DNA from: Mobula hypostoma
Taxonomy: Eukaryota
DNA length: 64,000 nt
Direction: 5' to 3'
Assembly (NCBI RefSeq): GCF_963921235.1
Contig: NC_086109.1
Span: 1,862,001-1,926,000, forward strand
Made by a program: the position numbers and the translations under genes
Notes under the pieces: model-generated
Seen by the model: only the letters and a program-made list of their open reading frames with translations
The model's database searches: none
What the model was told of the DNA's origin: nothing
Shown: piece by piece, positions 37,026 through 51,239 of the stretch
Numbering within the stretch: position 1 is the stretch's first letter
Layout: each line of letters begins with the position of its first letter

Positions 37026-38997
37026 TGTAACACTCGTTTTTCCCTAGTGACATGATCTCAGGGGTGATAACCCCTGCCCGGCCAAACTTTAGAACTCTTG
37101 TTTAGCTGGATGCTGTGTGCTGCGTCCCCTGTTTCAAATCAGTACCCCGAAATAACAAGCAGTACGCAATGTGCGGTTAATAGATTAAGATTTTATATTT
37201 GACTATGGGGTTAGGAGAGAAACAAAATATAAAATATAAGGTGCCAAGAATCTTATTAAACAGTTCGTGCACAATTTATTGGAGCTCACGGTTCCACTTC
37301 ACCGATTCCTCCTTCGATCATCGTCGACCTCCGGGCTCCCGCCCAGAGCCCGAAGGGTCGGGCAGCACACCCGCTCCTCAAGTCACATCTCCTCTCTTCA
37401 TTCATTCCCCTCGCGCCTTCTGGCCAAAGCCCGCGAAAACCAACAGCTTTCACACAAAACAAGGAAGAAAAACATCTCGCCCATTGGTTAGCAACTGAAT
37501 TCCAAAGTCCCGTTACCTCCAGTTATAAGGTAAATATGCTGCTACAGAGAGCCCATCTCAGCAGTTACAACCATATAACCACATAACTATTACAGCAGGG
37601 AAACAGGCCATCTCTGCCCTTCTAGTCCGTGCCGAACTCTCACCCTCCCCTAGTCCCACCGATTTGCACTCAGCCCATAACCCTCCATTCCTTTCCTGTC
37701 CATATAGCTATCCAATTTAACTTTAAATGACAACATCGAACCTGCCTCAACCACTTCTGCTGGAAGCTCGTTCCACACAGCTACCGCTCTCTGAGTAAAG
37801 AAGTTCCCCCTCATGTTACCCCTAAACTTTTGCCCCTTAACTCTCAACTTATGTCCTCTTGTTTCAATCTCCCCCACTCTCAACGGAAAAAGCCTATCCA
37901 CGCCAAATCTATCTATCCCCCTCATAATTTTAAATACCTCTATCAAGTCCCCCCACAACCTTCTGCGCTCCAAAGAATAAAGACCCAACTTGTTCAACCT
38001 TTCTCTGTAACTTAGGAGATGAAACCCAGGTAACATTATAGTAAATCTTCTCTGTATTCTCTCAATATTGTTGTCATCTTTTCTATAATTCAGTGACCAG
38101 AACTGTACACAATACTCCAAATTTGGCCTTACCAACGCCTTGTACAATTTCAACATTACATCCCAATTCCTATACTCAATACTTTGATTTATAAAGGCCA
38201 GCATAGTAAAAGATTTCTTCACCACCCTATCCACATGAGATTCCATCTTCAGGAAACTATGCACCATTATTCCTAGATCCCTCTGTTCTACTGCATTTAT
38301 CAATGCCCTACCATTTACCATGTATGTCCTATTTTGATTAGTCCTACCAAAATGTAGCACCTAACATTTATCAGCATTAAACTCCATCCACCATCTTTCA
38401 ACCCGCTCTTCTAACTGGCCTCAATCTCTCTGCAAGTTTTGAAAATCTACTTCATTATCCACGACTCCACCTATGTTAGTATCATCTGCATACTTACTAA
38501 TCCAATTTACCACCCCATTCTCCAGATCATTAATATACATGACAAACAACATTGGACCCAGTACAGATCCCTGAGGCACACCACTAGTCACCGGCCTTCA
38601 ATCTGACAAACAGTTATTCACCACTACTCTCTGGCGTCTCCCATCCAACCACTGCTGAATCCATTTTACTACTTCAATATTAATACCTAACGATTGGACC
38701 TTCCTAACTAACCTTCCATGTGGAACCTTGTCAAAGGCCTTACTGAAGTCCATATAGACAACATCCACTGCTTTACCCTTGTCAACTTTCCTAGTAACCT
38801 CTTCAAAAAATTCAATAAGATTTGTCAAAGATGACCTTCCACGTACAAATCCATGTTGACAGTTCCTAATCAGACCCTGTCTATCCAGATAATTATATAT
38901 ACCATCTCTAAGAATACTTTCCATACTCTGTAAGTTAACCTTACAGAGAAGCCATTTTATTAGCCTTAGTAGTTAACATGAAAGAGAAACCCTCACA
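37026..38997 (-). mobile_element. LTR-like element containing a CR1 insertion
   Basis: TG...CA termini; splits a Penelope-derived short repeat; related to 1-378. Confidence 0.6.
37570..38925 (-). mobile_element. CR1 RT/3' fragment
   Basis: YMDFSKAFDKVPHGRL, LVRPNLEYCVQFWS. Confidence 0.93.
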
Positions 38998-39070
38998 CTA
39001 ACAACACACACAAAAGGTGGAGGAACTGCTGCCTGGCTTTCCGAGTTTCACAAGCTTTTTATGTGTCATT

Positions 39071-39888
39071 TGTAATGAGTTTGCTGCCCCAATAAAGTGG
39101 CCAGAGCTTTGAAGCTATATCCCGACTCGCGTATTCAGTTGAGTTATGTTTGGGCTAGTGCCCAGTTGAGTACTCTCTACTTCACGTGCAAAGAGAGCAG
39201 TAGAGCTAAAAGAGGAGAATGTTGCTGGCCGAACAATAGACGAACAGTCGCCAGCAGTAAAGGACAAGATTTTTGGACGAGAGGTACACAAACCTCACAA
39301 CATCACAGAAAGACAAAACTCCCCAGACAGAGCGTCGGAAACAGTTCTGAGTGCAGTTCATTGCCATCGTGTAGGTATTCAGATGGTGCAGCAGAAGCAG
39401 GAACCGTGGCGAAGGCAAAGGCTGCATCACAGCGTGCTGCATTGGCAGAGCGGGAAATTTCTATTAAAATAGACATAGCTCGGCTGGAGGCTACTTTGTA
39501 ACACGTGCATTTTGAAAAAGAGGCTGCAGCTGCCATCGCCCAGGCAGCGGTATGGCAGGCAGCAGCAGAACAAGAGAGCGGGAAGCCTTGTAGAAATAAA
39601 TATAACCCATTAATAATGCAGGGTGCATGGGAGTGGGAGCGACTATGTTTGGTACCAACCAAAGTCTTAGCCAGCAGTCTAACTAAGCCTGCATGTAACA
39701 CAGTATGGGATCCAAAGTCGCAACACTACCTTCACTTTTCCTCTCAATTTTGCAGAACTCTTTGGGAAATGACAACAATCAGAACACTGTAGCAATTGGT
39801 CACTCTCCTGCACCTTGCTTACAGCAAAACTCAAAAATACTTTATCCTTCACATATATTACACAACTCTTTTTTAATAGTCCAGCACC
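39071..39888 (+). mobile_element. BEL/Pao-like 5' remnant (short LTR-like 39071-39184 plus decayed gag)
   Basis: Ala/Glu-rich AKAKAASQRAALAERE...ARLEATL...EKEAAAAIAQAAV resembles the N-terminal coiled coil of fish BEL gag. Confidence 0.55.
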
Positions 39889-40916
39889 TGTGACGGGGTC
39901 CTGAATTACCCCTATGAACTGTGCTCGTTTACCTCTATTAACTGTACTTTTGAAGAGAGAGAGAGAGAGAGAGAGTTATTTAACACCAACAACTTGTTTT
40001 CTAAAAGAGAGAGAGAGAGAGAGAGAGATGAAGGCTAAGTGTTGGACTGTCAGTTTAAAGCAATGAAAGTAACTTTTGGATTTCTGCTGAGTTGGAGAGA
40101 GAGATGGCACCGAGCAGCTCGTCGGTTGCTATGGTAACCGAGGGTGGTTATTTGATGGACAATCGGTGTTATGATTTTTCGTCAGCGTGTTGATACTTCC
40201 CAAGGACATGGCCTGTTTGGACATTTCCTACAGAGACAAAGGAAGGAGGAGTTATTTGAGTGACAGTTGATGCTCAGCACGGGAAGATAAAATAGAAGGT
40301 CAGATGATAGACCTCAGACACATGTTTTGGAACACTGAATGAGCTTTGTTGTGCCCGCAGAAAAAGTAGGTTTTTGGAGGATCGATCAGGCGGATCGATC
40401 AGTGGCTCTTGCAGTGAAAAGAAAAGGCAATGACCAGTGGGGAGTTGTCCATGTGTCCACCCTTGCCTGGCTGATAGCTCCACCACAGAAACCCGGTCCC
40501 CATTGCTATGGTCATAGTCGGTGACTTTTAAAGGATTTCGGAGGACAACGAGAAGATCGACAGGGTCAGCTCAACTGAAGACTCAAATCTCTCCCTCCCT
40601 CTCTCTCTCTCTCCATCACTACTCAACTCAAAACCACGAACTGAACTGAACTGAACTTTACACATCATCGTAAGACTGTATCTTTTTACCCCTAGACTTA
40701 AAGAAGCTTGGTTTTTCATAAATATATTTCCACACTTACTGATATACTTATATATATATATATATATATAATCATTGCTAACCTGTTTGATTTATCTACA
40801 TTTATATCACTGTATTGCGTAGTTACTAATAAATAATATTAGCTAACAGTAATACTGGACTCCAAAGTGTTTTCCATCTCTGCTGGTTCTTTATTCCCGT
40901 CACAGGGTACGTGACA
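39889..40916 (+). mobile_element. Solo LTR-like element with (GA)n and (TA)n microsatellites
   Basis: TGTGACG...GTGACA termini, AATAAA near the 3' end; TSD imperfect. Confidence 0.65.
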
Positions 40917-42389
40917 CCCGAAATAAGGAATCCCTCCTACTATAAAAACAAAGATGATCGCGCCAAGTTTAGGAGTATCAATCGAGATAACGCGCCTCAG
41001 CACCTAGCAGTTGGGCAGTTAAAAAGTTTATTCTAATTATCAGTGTAAAGTTCGACCAGCCTCGGAAATTTAATGAACGCATCTTCTCGCATTCTTTATA
41101 CTTTGCTTCTTCATGCTCTGTATAACTTTGTACATTTTCCGTGTAAGTCCAGCTTTATATATTCCTAATTGCATATGAATGTGTGCCTTAGTCCTCGTAG
41201 GTTTGCTGCATTAAGTACTGACCGTAATTTCTCCGTTTTACTCTTACTCAATTGTAATGGAGTGATACCCAAATAAAGCACCAGGTGCTTGGGCGCTATA
41301 TCCTGCTCCCGTGTTCAGCTGAGTGGATTTAGGCTTTCTGCTGAATTGTGCACTTCCAACTTCGCTAACAAGGCGAGTCGAACAATAAGATTTTATTGAT
41401 TGCAGGAATAGCAACAATCGCAAGGTGCGGCAGTAGACTAGTCAGCAGGGCACAGTAGATCCAGAACTTCAACGTCAGTCAACGATAATTTGCGAAAATA
41501 TATTCAGCCGCATAGAAGACATTTCTATCCATTCCTGCAATTGTGTTTCCGAATTCCAATCTATTGTGGTAACATTCCACATTTCAGTTCCAATGACTCT
41601 AGCCATTCTTGTTGACTGTTCCAAACCACTCCCTCTCGTCGCAGTTTCTGTAAGAACGCTGATCAACCGACCTCTGACATTCCCCTTGTACCTACTGCCA
41701 AACGCTTTTAAACTATGCCCCCTTGTGTTAACAATTTCAGCCCTGCGAAAAAGCCTTAGGCTATCCACACGATCAATGCCTCTCATCATCTTATACTCCT
41801 CTATCAGTTATGTTCCTGCACTGTATTTTCTAACACGCTGCACTTACAATGCTGCCGTCACAGGTTATTCTGAATTTTGTTCTTGCTTTACATTGCATTA
41901 TCTCAATGCACTGTTGTCATATGTTCAGTGTGACTGCATGCGAAAGAATTTTTTAACTCTACCTCGGGACACGTGACAATAATAACTACATTACCAATGT
42001 ACGTTTTTTGTAGCTTTCCTTCGTGTGATTCGCAAAACTTCGTTCTGTATGTAATCAATCATCTTTCGCACTCACAATGAGCAGCTGGATACATTTATTT
42101 CAACATTTATTTGAATGTAAGCGACATTTTACCAAATTCAAAGAGTTGACAATGCAAAATAAAATATGTAATTTCTCATGTTATGTAATACATGCATTCC
42201 CAGGAAAACAAAACATCTACTCACAATATGATTCTAAACACAAGTTAGGATTGAGCGTATACATTATTGTGGGAGAGGACTTTGTGACAATGGATCAGTG
42301 TTAGAGTACGGAGCTCAGGCTCCGGCACATAGAGGTTTCAACGAGGAGAGGTGAAGACTGTTCTGTTTTTCATTTAATGGTTCTTGCTT

Positions 42390-42800
42390 TCTTTGTTACT
42401 GCACTGTTGGACTGGTGGGGAGGCCAGGGAGGATAGTGGACTGCTGCACTTGTGGAATGTGGGAAGGCAGGGAGACCTGTGATGTATCTGGCGACTGCAA
42501 CTGTGAGAAGTACATCCAGCCGCGGCTTCTTTCAGACTGTGCTAAGGAATTGGATCTGGAACTGGATGAACTCCGGATCATTCAGAAGGCTGAGTGGTTA
42601 ATCGACAGCATGTCAGATTGTGACACCCAAGGTGCAGGACACGTAGTTGATTGACCGTCACGGTGGGAATGCGAGGGGGAAGTAGATAGAAAACCAGTGC
42701 AGACTACCAATATAATCCTTGTCCTCAACAACAGGTACACCGATATGGATAGCATTGGGATGCAATAATCTGGAAGAGGAAAACCTCAGCAATCAGGTTT
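42390..42800 (+). mobile_element. CR1 ORF1 5' remnant
   Basis: CCTCGMWE...C..KELDLELDELRII is homologous to the ORF1 N-terminus at 11665. Confidence 0.8.
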
Positions 42801-44329
42801 TCCAATCACAAATCCATTTAACTTGTTTATTTGTATCACTATTTTGCAGGCATCTCTGTATCCAATTCTTCATTGCATACCCTATCAGAGGTCTCAGCAT
42901 GCTAAACATATGCAGGATTCTTGTTTCCGCAGTACTACATATTTCAAAGCCCACCATCTCCCACCCTCGGAACTCACACGTGTAGGTTAGGGACAGTCAA
43001 TGGGATCCTGACAATCGATATCGGACGTGCAGATCCACAGTTTCTTGCTTACGTTCTCCCGGTTTCCAATAGCAGAAAGTAACCTTCACCACAAGGGAAA
43101 CTGCATGGATAGTCCCTGCAGCTGCACGTTTATATGGAACCGTCTCCAATGCATCACTATATTTGGAATCATCTCCCTCAAAACTGAGATACAGAGCATT
43201 TGGTCAACGCTGTCTCCATTTTTTTCTTTCATCAGTTTCTCTGTTGCTAGGAAATGTATTTATGTTGCTTTCTATTTCCACGTGATATAGCCTGGTGTTT
43301 TGTGCCTTTTACCTGGACACAACTATTTAATTGGATCTTGTCATTTACCAACAGTTACCTACTTGTACAATTTCTCTTGCCTCCCTTGCAAGTGATATAC
43401 ATTTGGCCATTATAATTCATTTCACACTTTGCATAAACCTACTGTGGGTCTTTCAGTCTGATTGTATCAATTTCCATATGGTGTGATAAATAATATAGTA
43501 TTCTTCCGAAACCCATTTTAATCTACTAAAAGCATTCCACGAAACCACAACACTACATCAGAAAGTGAAAAAGTAAAAAGGAGGTAGATATCATGACCAG
43601 TGAGAATAGCCAGCAGCAGACGAAAGAAACAATGGGTCGGACTGGTGTAAATACGACTGATTGAACTATCACTGGAGTTTTGCAGAGAGGGTAAAAATTG
43701 GAGTGAGAATCACAGTACTGTAAGCCAGTGACCATAGGATGGACACAGTGGAGAGAGGAACAACAATGGTAATAATTCTGCAGTGTTTGCAAGCTGCAGG
43801 AAAGAAAGACAGTGTTAAAAGAGGGCTGTGCTATTGATCAGGGACAATACTACAGTTACACTGAGAGTGGACAGAATGAAGGGCCCGCCTAACAGGCAGC
43901 CACCAAACAAAAAAACAAAACAAAACTAAACTAAACTAAACCATAAAGGACAGTGAAACACCTAATGTGCAGAGAGAGAGAAAAAAATAAACAATGCAAA
44001 CAATAAACACAAGCAAATTGCATTTGGAACTGCAGTCACAAAGAGTGATAGTCCGTGAACTCTTCATTCAACGCAGAGCTGAGCAGTGATCTGAACCGTT
44101 CCGACCCTCGACTCCAGCCCCGACACCCCGACATTTGCAATCAGCCCGGTGCCTAAATCATGTTATAAATATTGGGTTCTATCCCTTCTAAATGCTCTGG
44201 AGCCTGTACCTAATCTTTTCGATTTGGCACGAAGCTTAAATCAATCGAACTCAGATCTTCCTCACTCTCCAGTTGCAGAGAGACTGGGAAGTCCACCACA
44301 GAACAATCTGTGACAGACCCACCTGCTGT

Positions 44330-46111
44330 ACATCCAGCACACCTCACCTACTCTCCACCGTTCTAAAAACATTTAATTCTCTGAGCCCACTGCCTCATCA
44401 TCCCCATGGTGGTCAATGATGTCCTCCTCGCGCCTCTCTGTTTCCTTGTGGAAAACAGATAAAAGAAATTCTCGTCTTCCAATACCTTCCTCCACGTGGC
44501 ACAACTTGTGCTCAGTCTCAATAACTGTTTGTGATTGATTCCACTTTGACCAAGATAAATGTGTAGCCATGGACACTCGAATGGGCCCAGTTATGGCTGT
44601 CATTGCATATGGTGGATCTCTTCTTACGAAACTGACCCAGGCACTGCTCATCAACTCTTCCTTAGTTACATGCATCAACGACTGCACTGGGGACATTTCC
44701 TGAACCCATGTTAGTTTCATTAACTTGCCTACTAACTTCCACCCTGCCTCAAATTCACCCAGAGCATTTTTACTAAACAGACCCGGGCACCGGTCCCCAA
44801 CTCTTCCTCAGCTACATTTGACAGATGCAGTGATGACATTTCCTGCAGCCATGTGGACTTACCAGCTTCATTAAATTCCCAAATAACTTTCACCCCGTCC
44901 TCAAATCCATCCAGACCATCCCCAGCTCCTCTCTCTCCTTTCTTGATCTGTCTCCATCTCAAGAGACATTACCGCAAACCCACTGATTTCCACAGTTACC
45001 TCGACTATACCTTCTCCCACCATGTCTCTTGTAAGGAATCCATTTCTTTCTCACAGTTACTGTGTCTCACCTTGGGATGAGATCTTCCAGCTAGAATGTC
45101 TAAAATATCCTCCGTTTTCAAGAGCTGGTGCTACACCACCCCCAGCACTGTGGTAGATGAAGTCCTCACCCTCATACCCTCTATTTAACAAACCTCGGGT
45201 CTCGCTCCACTTCCCCCCAGATAGACCAGGAATAGAGTTCCTTTTGTCCTTTCATCCCACCGGCTGATTCATTCTGCACATCAGTCAACATTTCTGCCCG
45301 TTATGAGGTGATCTCTCCACCAGGCACCTTTTTCCCTGTTCCCCCAAAACCCCTCAATATTTTCCACAGGAACCACTCTCTCCATGATTCACTAGCTCAT
45401 CCATTCCACGCCCTCCCCAGACACTTTGTTCTGTGACTGTAGGAGGTGTAACACTTGTCCCTACACCTCCTCCCTCCCTTCGTCAACTTCCGCATGAGCA
45501 GGCATTCACATTCCCCTTCTTCAACCTTGTCTACCTCATTGAGACCTCCTCTACACTGGTGAGATGAAGAACAGACAGAGTCATTTTAAATCTTGTCTCC
45601 ATTCCCATTCCGACATCTGTCCTTAGCCTTCTACGCTGCTAGGATGAGGTCAAACACAACTAGAAGGACAACACCTTGTACTCTGCCTGGGTAGTCTGCA
45701 ACCCAATGCCATGTCCATGATTGAATTCTCGAATCTCAGATAAACCACTCCTCCTCTGTTCCTTTTCTTTCTCCTAATCTGCTCTGTTCCTTCTACACCC
45801 AGCATACTCTCCCTGCCACCCATCAATCCTCCTTCATTCCCTCCCTCCACCCTCTCCATCTGCCTATCACCTACACACTGCTCCCACTAGGTCCCACCCC
45901 ACCTCCCTTATTTGGTTCCATGTTCCACCTCATTTTCTATCAGATTCTATCCAGTGCAGCCCTTCATCTCCTCTACCTATCACCTCCAAGCCTTTGTCAC
46001 TATTTCAGCTCTCCTCTCCTTGTTCTGCCTATCATCCCATCAACTGAATCCACCAGTTACTGCCAGTTCTTCCTCCTTTCAATCATTCTAGACATTGACC
46101 ACCCTTCTTCT
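44330..46111 (+). mobile_element. Degraded Penelope-like element (RT plus GIY-YIG)
   Basis: VAMDTRMGPSY, YRKPTDFHSYLDYTFSHH..CKESI.FSQ and LGSLQP-type motifs, then a pyrimidine-rich tail. Confidence 0.8.
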
Positions 46112-46983
46112 TGTTACATACCTCATGGATATCTTGTTACTGTCTTAGGAGAATGATGTAATGGTCTTGCAGAGGTCACATGATGTAAGTATCCCGCAGA
46201 TGTGAGGTCACGTGATGACATGTTCACCTCGGGTATAAAAGAAAGACCCCTGGTGAAGCAGTTCATTTCTGTTTAGATGTTCAGACAGCTACTCCGCTAT
46301 GCTGCATACTTGACCCATGCCGCAGTATGATTTTAAAACGGAGTTTCACTGTCTATTGTAGGGTACAGAAGTGTTGGGCCGGCAGTTTCAACAATAGCTG
46401 CCAGATTTGTTGATGTATCTTTTCAGTAGTATTGGAGAGTGAAGACAGGAACCTGAAGGAGTCGTTTGGTGGTTTTGGAGTGGATCGACCATTATTGAAT
46501 TCGTTCAAGAAAGAGTGATCTGCATGAGATAACCTTTGCTAAAGCAGAAAAGGTTGTGCAGTATCTTGTCTAGAGAGGAAAAAGGTCAGTGCCTTTATAC
46601 CATTCTAATTTTCATCGTCGTGAATCCTGCGGACAATGCAGGTTCCGGCTGGGATCAGCAGTAGGGTTGTATCTTCGAGGAATTCCTTACTTCAGGAAAG
46701 TCTCTCTTAATTGACTGTGTAAATATATTGGACTTTCAAATTTACCATTCTAAGAACTGTGTTCTGATTTACCACTTTAAGACTGAGTTCACATTTACTG
46801 CTTTAAGAGCTGGTACTGAGTTTGGCAGTTTGTTAAATGGCCACATAGCAGTTTACTTCCGGTTAAGATTTTCGTTGTTTATCTTTTTACTAATTTTGAG
46901 CGGAGTTTAATAAATGTTTATTTGTTTATTTCTATAATTAACCCTGATTCATTTCTATATTCATTGTTGCCGGTCACGTGACA
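46112..46983 (+). repeat. 5' LTR of Gmr1-like element
   Basis: TGTTACATACCTCATGG...GTGACA; direct repeat of 51240-52100. Confidence 0.93.
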
Positions 46984-49900
46984 TATTTTGGGGGCTCGTC
47001 TAGATTTGTTCCGAGTTTGAACTTAAGTGCTTATTTATTTATCAGCCTGATTTGGAAAAGGGAAATACCCGATTCTTTTGTTTGATTGGTGTCTGCATGG
47101 TATTCGGCAGCAATGAATATTGACGACTTTATGGCTTCGCCTGACCCGGAGTTTTTAGCGACGGCGAGATAAGCTGTTGTATCGTAGATTGCTAGGAGGT
47201 TGGATATTAAAGGAATTACTAAGATTACAACAAAGCCTGTAATTCAGAGAAAAATCGTGGAGTATTATATAAGTTTGGGAAAGTTTGTTGAATGAGACGT
47301 TAGGGAGGTTTCCAATGAGTACACTGGAAATGCAGTAACATCTTGAACAGATAAAGTTTGAACGATTTAAAGCGAAAAAGGCCGAAAGAGAGGCAAATAA
47401 AAAGAGGGAATTTGAAGAAAGAGAAGCAGATAAAAGGAGGGAGTTTGAGCCACAGATGGAGAAATTAATATCCGAGAATCAGACTTCTGGTTCTAAGAAA
47501 CAGTTTGTTGCTAGTCGAGAGGTTATTTTGGCTCCTCCATTTAATGAAGCAGAACTGGATAAATATTTCCAGCATTTCGAAATTGTTGCTCTTAGTTTAG
47601 AGTGGCCGAAAGAGAGATGGCCAATGATGTTGCAAAGTGTCATTAAAGGCAAGTCACAACAAGTTCATACAGCTTTAAATGCTGAGCCAGCACTGGATTG
47701 TGGTATTGGGAAACAGCATATATTGAAAGCGTATGAACTGGTTCCGGAAGCTTATAGAGAAAGATTCAGAAATTTGAAGAAATCTGTGGAACAAACATGT
47801 GGAATTTGCTTACGAGAAATCTGTATGTTTTGAGAGATGGGTTTCCTCTAAAAATGTGAATGGGGAGTATAATAAATTAAAAGAGTTGATTTTACTGGAG
47901 GAATTTAAAAGGAGCATTCCTGTTGAAGTGAGGACATACTTAAATGAATGGGACACTGCTACATTGCAGGAGTCTGCTAACTTGGCTGATGAGTATGCTT
48001 TAATTCATAAGAATAAATTTTCTCCAGGTACGACTTTTAAAAGGAAAAATAGCAGAGAGTCAAGGTAAACCAGAAATTAAATCTGAAGTCAGTGAGAAAG
48101 GTAAGGATGAAGGGAGACATGTGAAGGAAAGACATTTTGGTCTTATTTGTAATTATTGTAAGAAATCTGGACATGTGATAGCTAACTGTTTTCGATTGTA
48201 AAAGAAAGAGAAGGAAGCAGCCCCAGATGCTTGTGTGCAGCGTATTGAAACACCTGTAAATCCAGAGTTCGATAAATACCAATGAAGTTTTGTCAGAGTC
48301 TGACCAAGTTAAGAGGGGATGTGAACATTTTATAACCGAAGGATTTGTATACTTGAAAGAGGGATCCAATCCAGTAATAATAAAAATACTTAGAGGTACT
48401 GGAGCTTCTCAATCACTAATGTTAGACAGCGTTCTAAAGTTTAGTGATGAGTCTGACATTGGTGAGGTAAACTATATAAGAGGAGTTGGGAGAGCCCTTA
48501 TGCCAGTACATTTGCATGGAGTAAATTTAAAGTCAGGGTTAGTTGCAGGGCTTGTTAAAGTAGGACTACAACCCAGATTACCCATGGATGATGTTTCTCT
48601 TTTGTTAGGGAATGACTTAGCAGATGGACGAGTTTTTCCTGAAGTGCATTTGACAGTAAAGCCTAACGTTGAGGAACCTCAGAGGGATTCTAACACAGAT
48701 TCTTCCTGTGTTGTAACCCGAGCTACGGCTAAGGAGACCGCTGTACAGGATGAGGTTGTTATCCATGACTGTTCAACTCTGGATGCGAATTTTGAGGATG
48801 TGTCAGAAACGTTCTTACCTTCATTATTTGATCAGGATTTTGGTAGTAAGTCTGACCATGAAGATTTATCTTTATCTCGGAAAGAGATGATAGCAGAGCA
48901 GGGTAGAGATCCTGAGATAGTTAAATTAAAGGAACAAGTTCTTCCAGATAGTGAAATTGAGAAGGTGCCAGTAGGATATTATTTTGAAAAGGGAGTATTA
49001 ATGAGAAAGTAGAGATCAACTACAATTTCTGCTAGTGAGGAATTGGAAGTTAATCACCAGTTCCTAAAGTTTATTGAAATGAGATTTTAACTATGGCTCA
49101 TAGCATGCCTTTGGGTGGCCATCTAGGTGTAAAGAAAACTTTGAACAAGGTTTTTAAACATTTTACTGCCCTAGTTTAAGAAAAGATGTGGCAACTTTTT
49201 GCAGGACATGTCATACGTGTCAAATTGTGGGTAAACCTAATCAAGTTACTCCAGTGGCCCAACTGCAACCAATTCCAGCATTTGGTGAGCTGTTTTCCTA
49301 AATTATTATGGATTGTGTATGCCCATTGCCAAAAACTAAAACATTATGTGCACAGCGTCTAGGTTTCCAGAGGCAATACCTCTTAGGAATATAACAGCCA
49401 AAACTGTGACATAGGCTCTTATAAAATTCTTTATTTATTTTGGGTTGCCTAAGGAAATACAATCTGATCAAGGCCGTAATTTTATGTCTGGATTGTTTCA
49501 GCAGATAATTTATAAAATGGAAACAAAACAGATTACCTCATCTGCATATCATCCAGAATCACAAGGAGCCTTGGGGAGATTCCATTCTACCCTCAAAACT
49601 ATGATTAGGACGTATTGTGTGGAAAATGAAAAGGACTGGGATGAAGGCGTACATTTACTACTTTTTGCAGTATGAGAGGCAGTACAGGAGTCATTAGGTT
49701 TTAGTCCTTTTGAACTTGTGTTTGGCAATAGAGTTCGAGGACCTTTGGCCTTGTTGAAAGAACAGTGGTTAATAAAGAGGTACACACTAATTTGCTGGAT
49801 TATGTTTTGAAATTTAAAGAAAGATTACATAAAGCTTGTAGCTTGGCCAAGGAAAATTTAAAATTGGCTCAGGAGAAGATGAAAACATGGTATGATAAGG

Positions 49901-51239
49901 GAGCTAGAATTAGGTTATTTCAGCCTGGAGATAAGGTGTTGTTTCTTTTCCCAGTGCAAACGAACCCATTACAAGCTACATTTCATGGATCTTATGAAAT
50001 TAAATCTAAAGTAAATGATGTGGATTACTGATTAAAAAACAGATCGAAGAAAGCCAACGCAATTGTGTCATATAAATATGATAAAACCGTATTATGAGAG
50101 AGAGGCTGCTACTATGACTACTGTGGTCGATAATGAGTTTGATCTTTCTAAAATCGTAATGGATGATTCATCTGAAACTTGTTTTAAACCCAACAATATT
50201 TCAGTCAGGTTACAAAATTCAACAATTCTGGAAAATATTGATGAGAAATTAGCTCATTTACAGCCAGAGCAGTGAGAAAAGATTAAACAGTTAATTTTTA
50301 AATATAGGGATTTATTTCCAGACATTCTGAGAAGAACCACCGTAGCTTCATATGATGTAGATGTCAGAGATGCAAAACTCATAAAACAACATCCGTATCG
50401 GATGAATAAGGAAAAATGTGAACTTGCTGAACAAGAAATTAAGTATATGTTAGAGCATAATATTATTAGACCTTCCAATTCGAATTGGAGGTCAGCTTGT
50501 GTTATGGTGCCTAAGTATTAGGTTTTGTACAGATTACAGGAAGCTGAATGCTGTGACAAAACTGATGCATATCAAATCTCTAGGGTAGATGATTGTGTGG
50601 ATAAAGTTGGACAAGCAAAGTTCCTTACAAAGATTGATTTGTTAAAAGGTTATTGGTGTGATCATTGACGGATAGAGGTAGAGAATGCACCAGGTATTTT
50701 CCAGAGGATGACTAATAGTGTGATCCATGGGTTGAAAGATACAGATGCCTGTACTGATAATTTAGTTACAGGAAATAATACTTGGAAAGCACATATTACT
50801 GCGGTGCAGAAACTATTTGAGAGACTTTCAAAAGCTAACTTAATTACTAACAGCTAAAAGTGAATTTGGTCATGCCACGGTGACCTACCTTGGTTATGTT
50901 GTAGGTCCGGGCTCAGTTAAAGAAAATGGTTAAGGAAATAAATTGAACTCGAATTTAGCAACAAAGTTTGATGCTACAGAGTATAATATTTTGATAACTC
51001 ATATTAAAGGTAAAGATAATGTGATCGCTGATTGTTTACCTAGATGTTAAATGTACAATGTAGATTTTTATGGAGTGGTGTTTTAATATTTGTAACACTC
51101 CTACTGTATATTTGTTTGTAAAATGCTGTATGAGAATACAGTGTATACTGCGTATGTTGAAAATTTTATACATTTGTTTTTTTTGTAAATAGTTAATTGT
51201 TAAAATTTTGCTCTTAAAAGACCAATTTTTGGAGGGAGG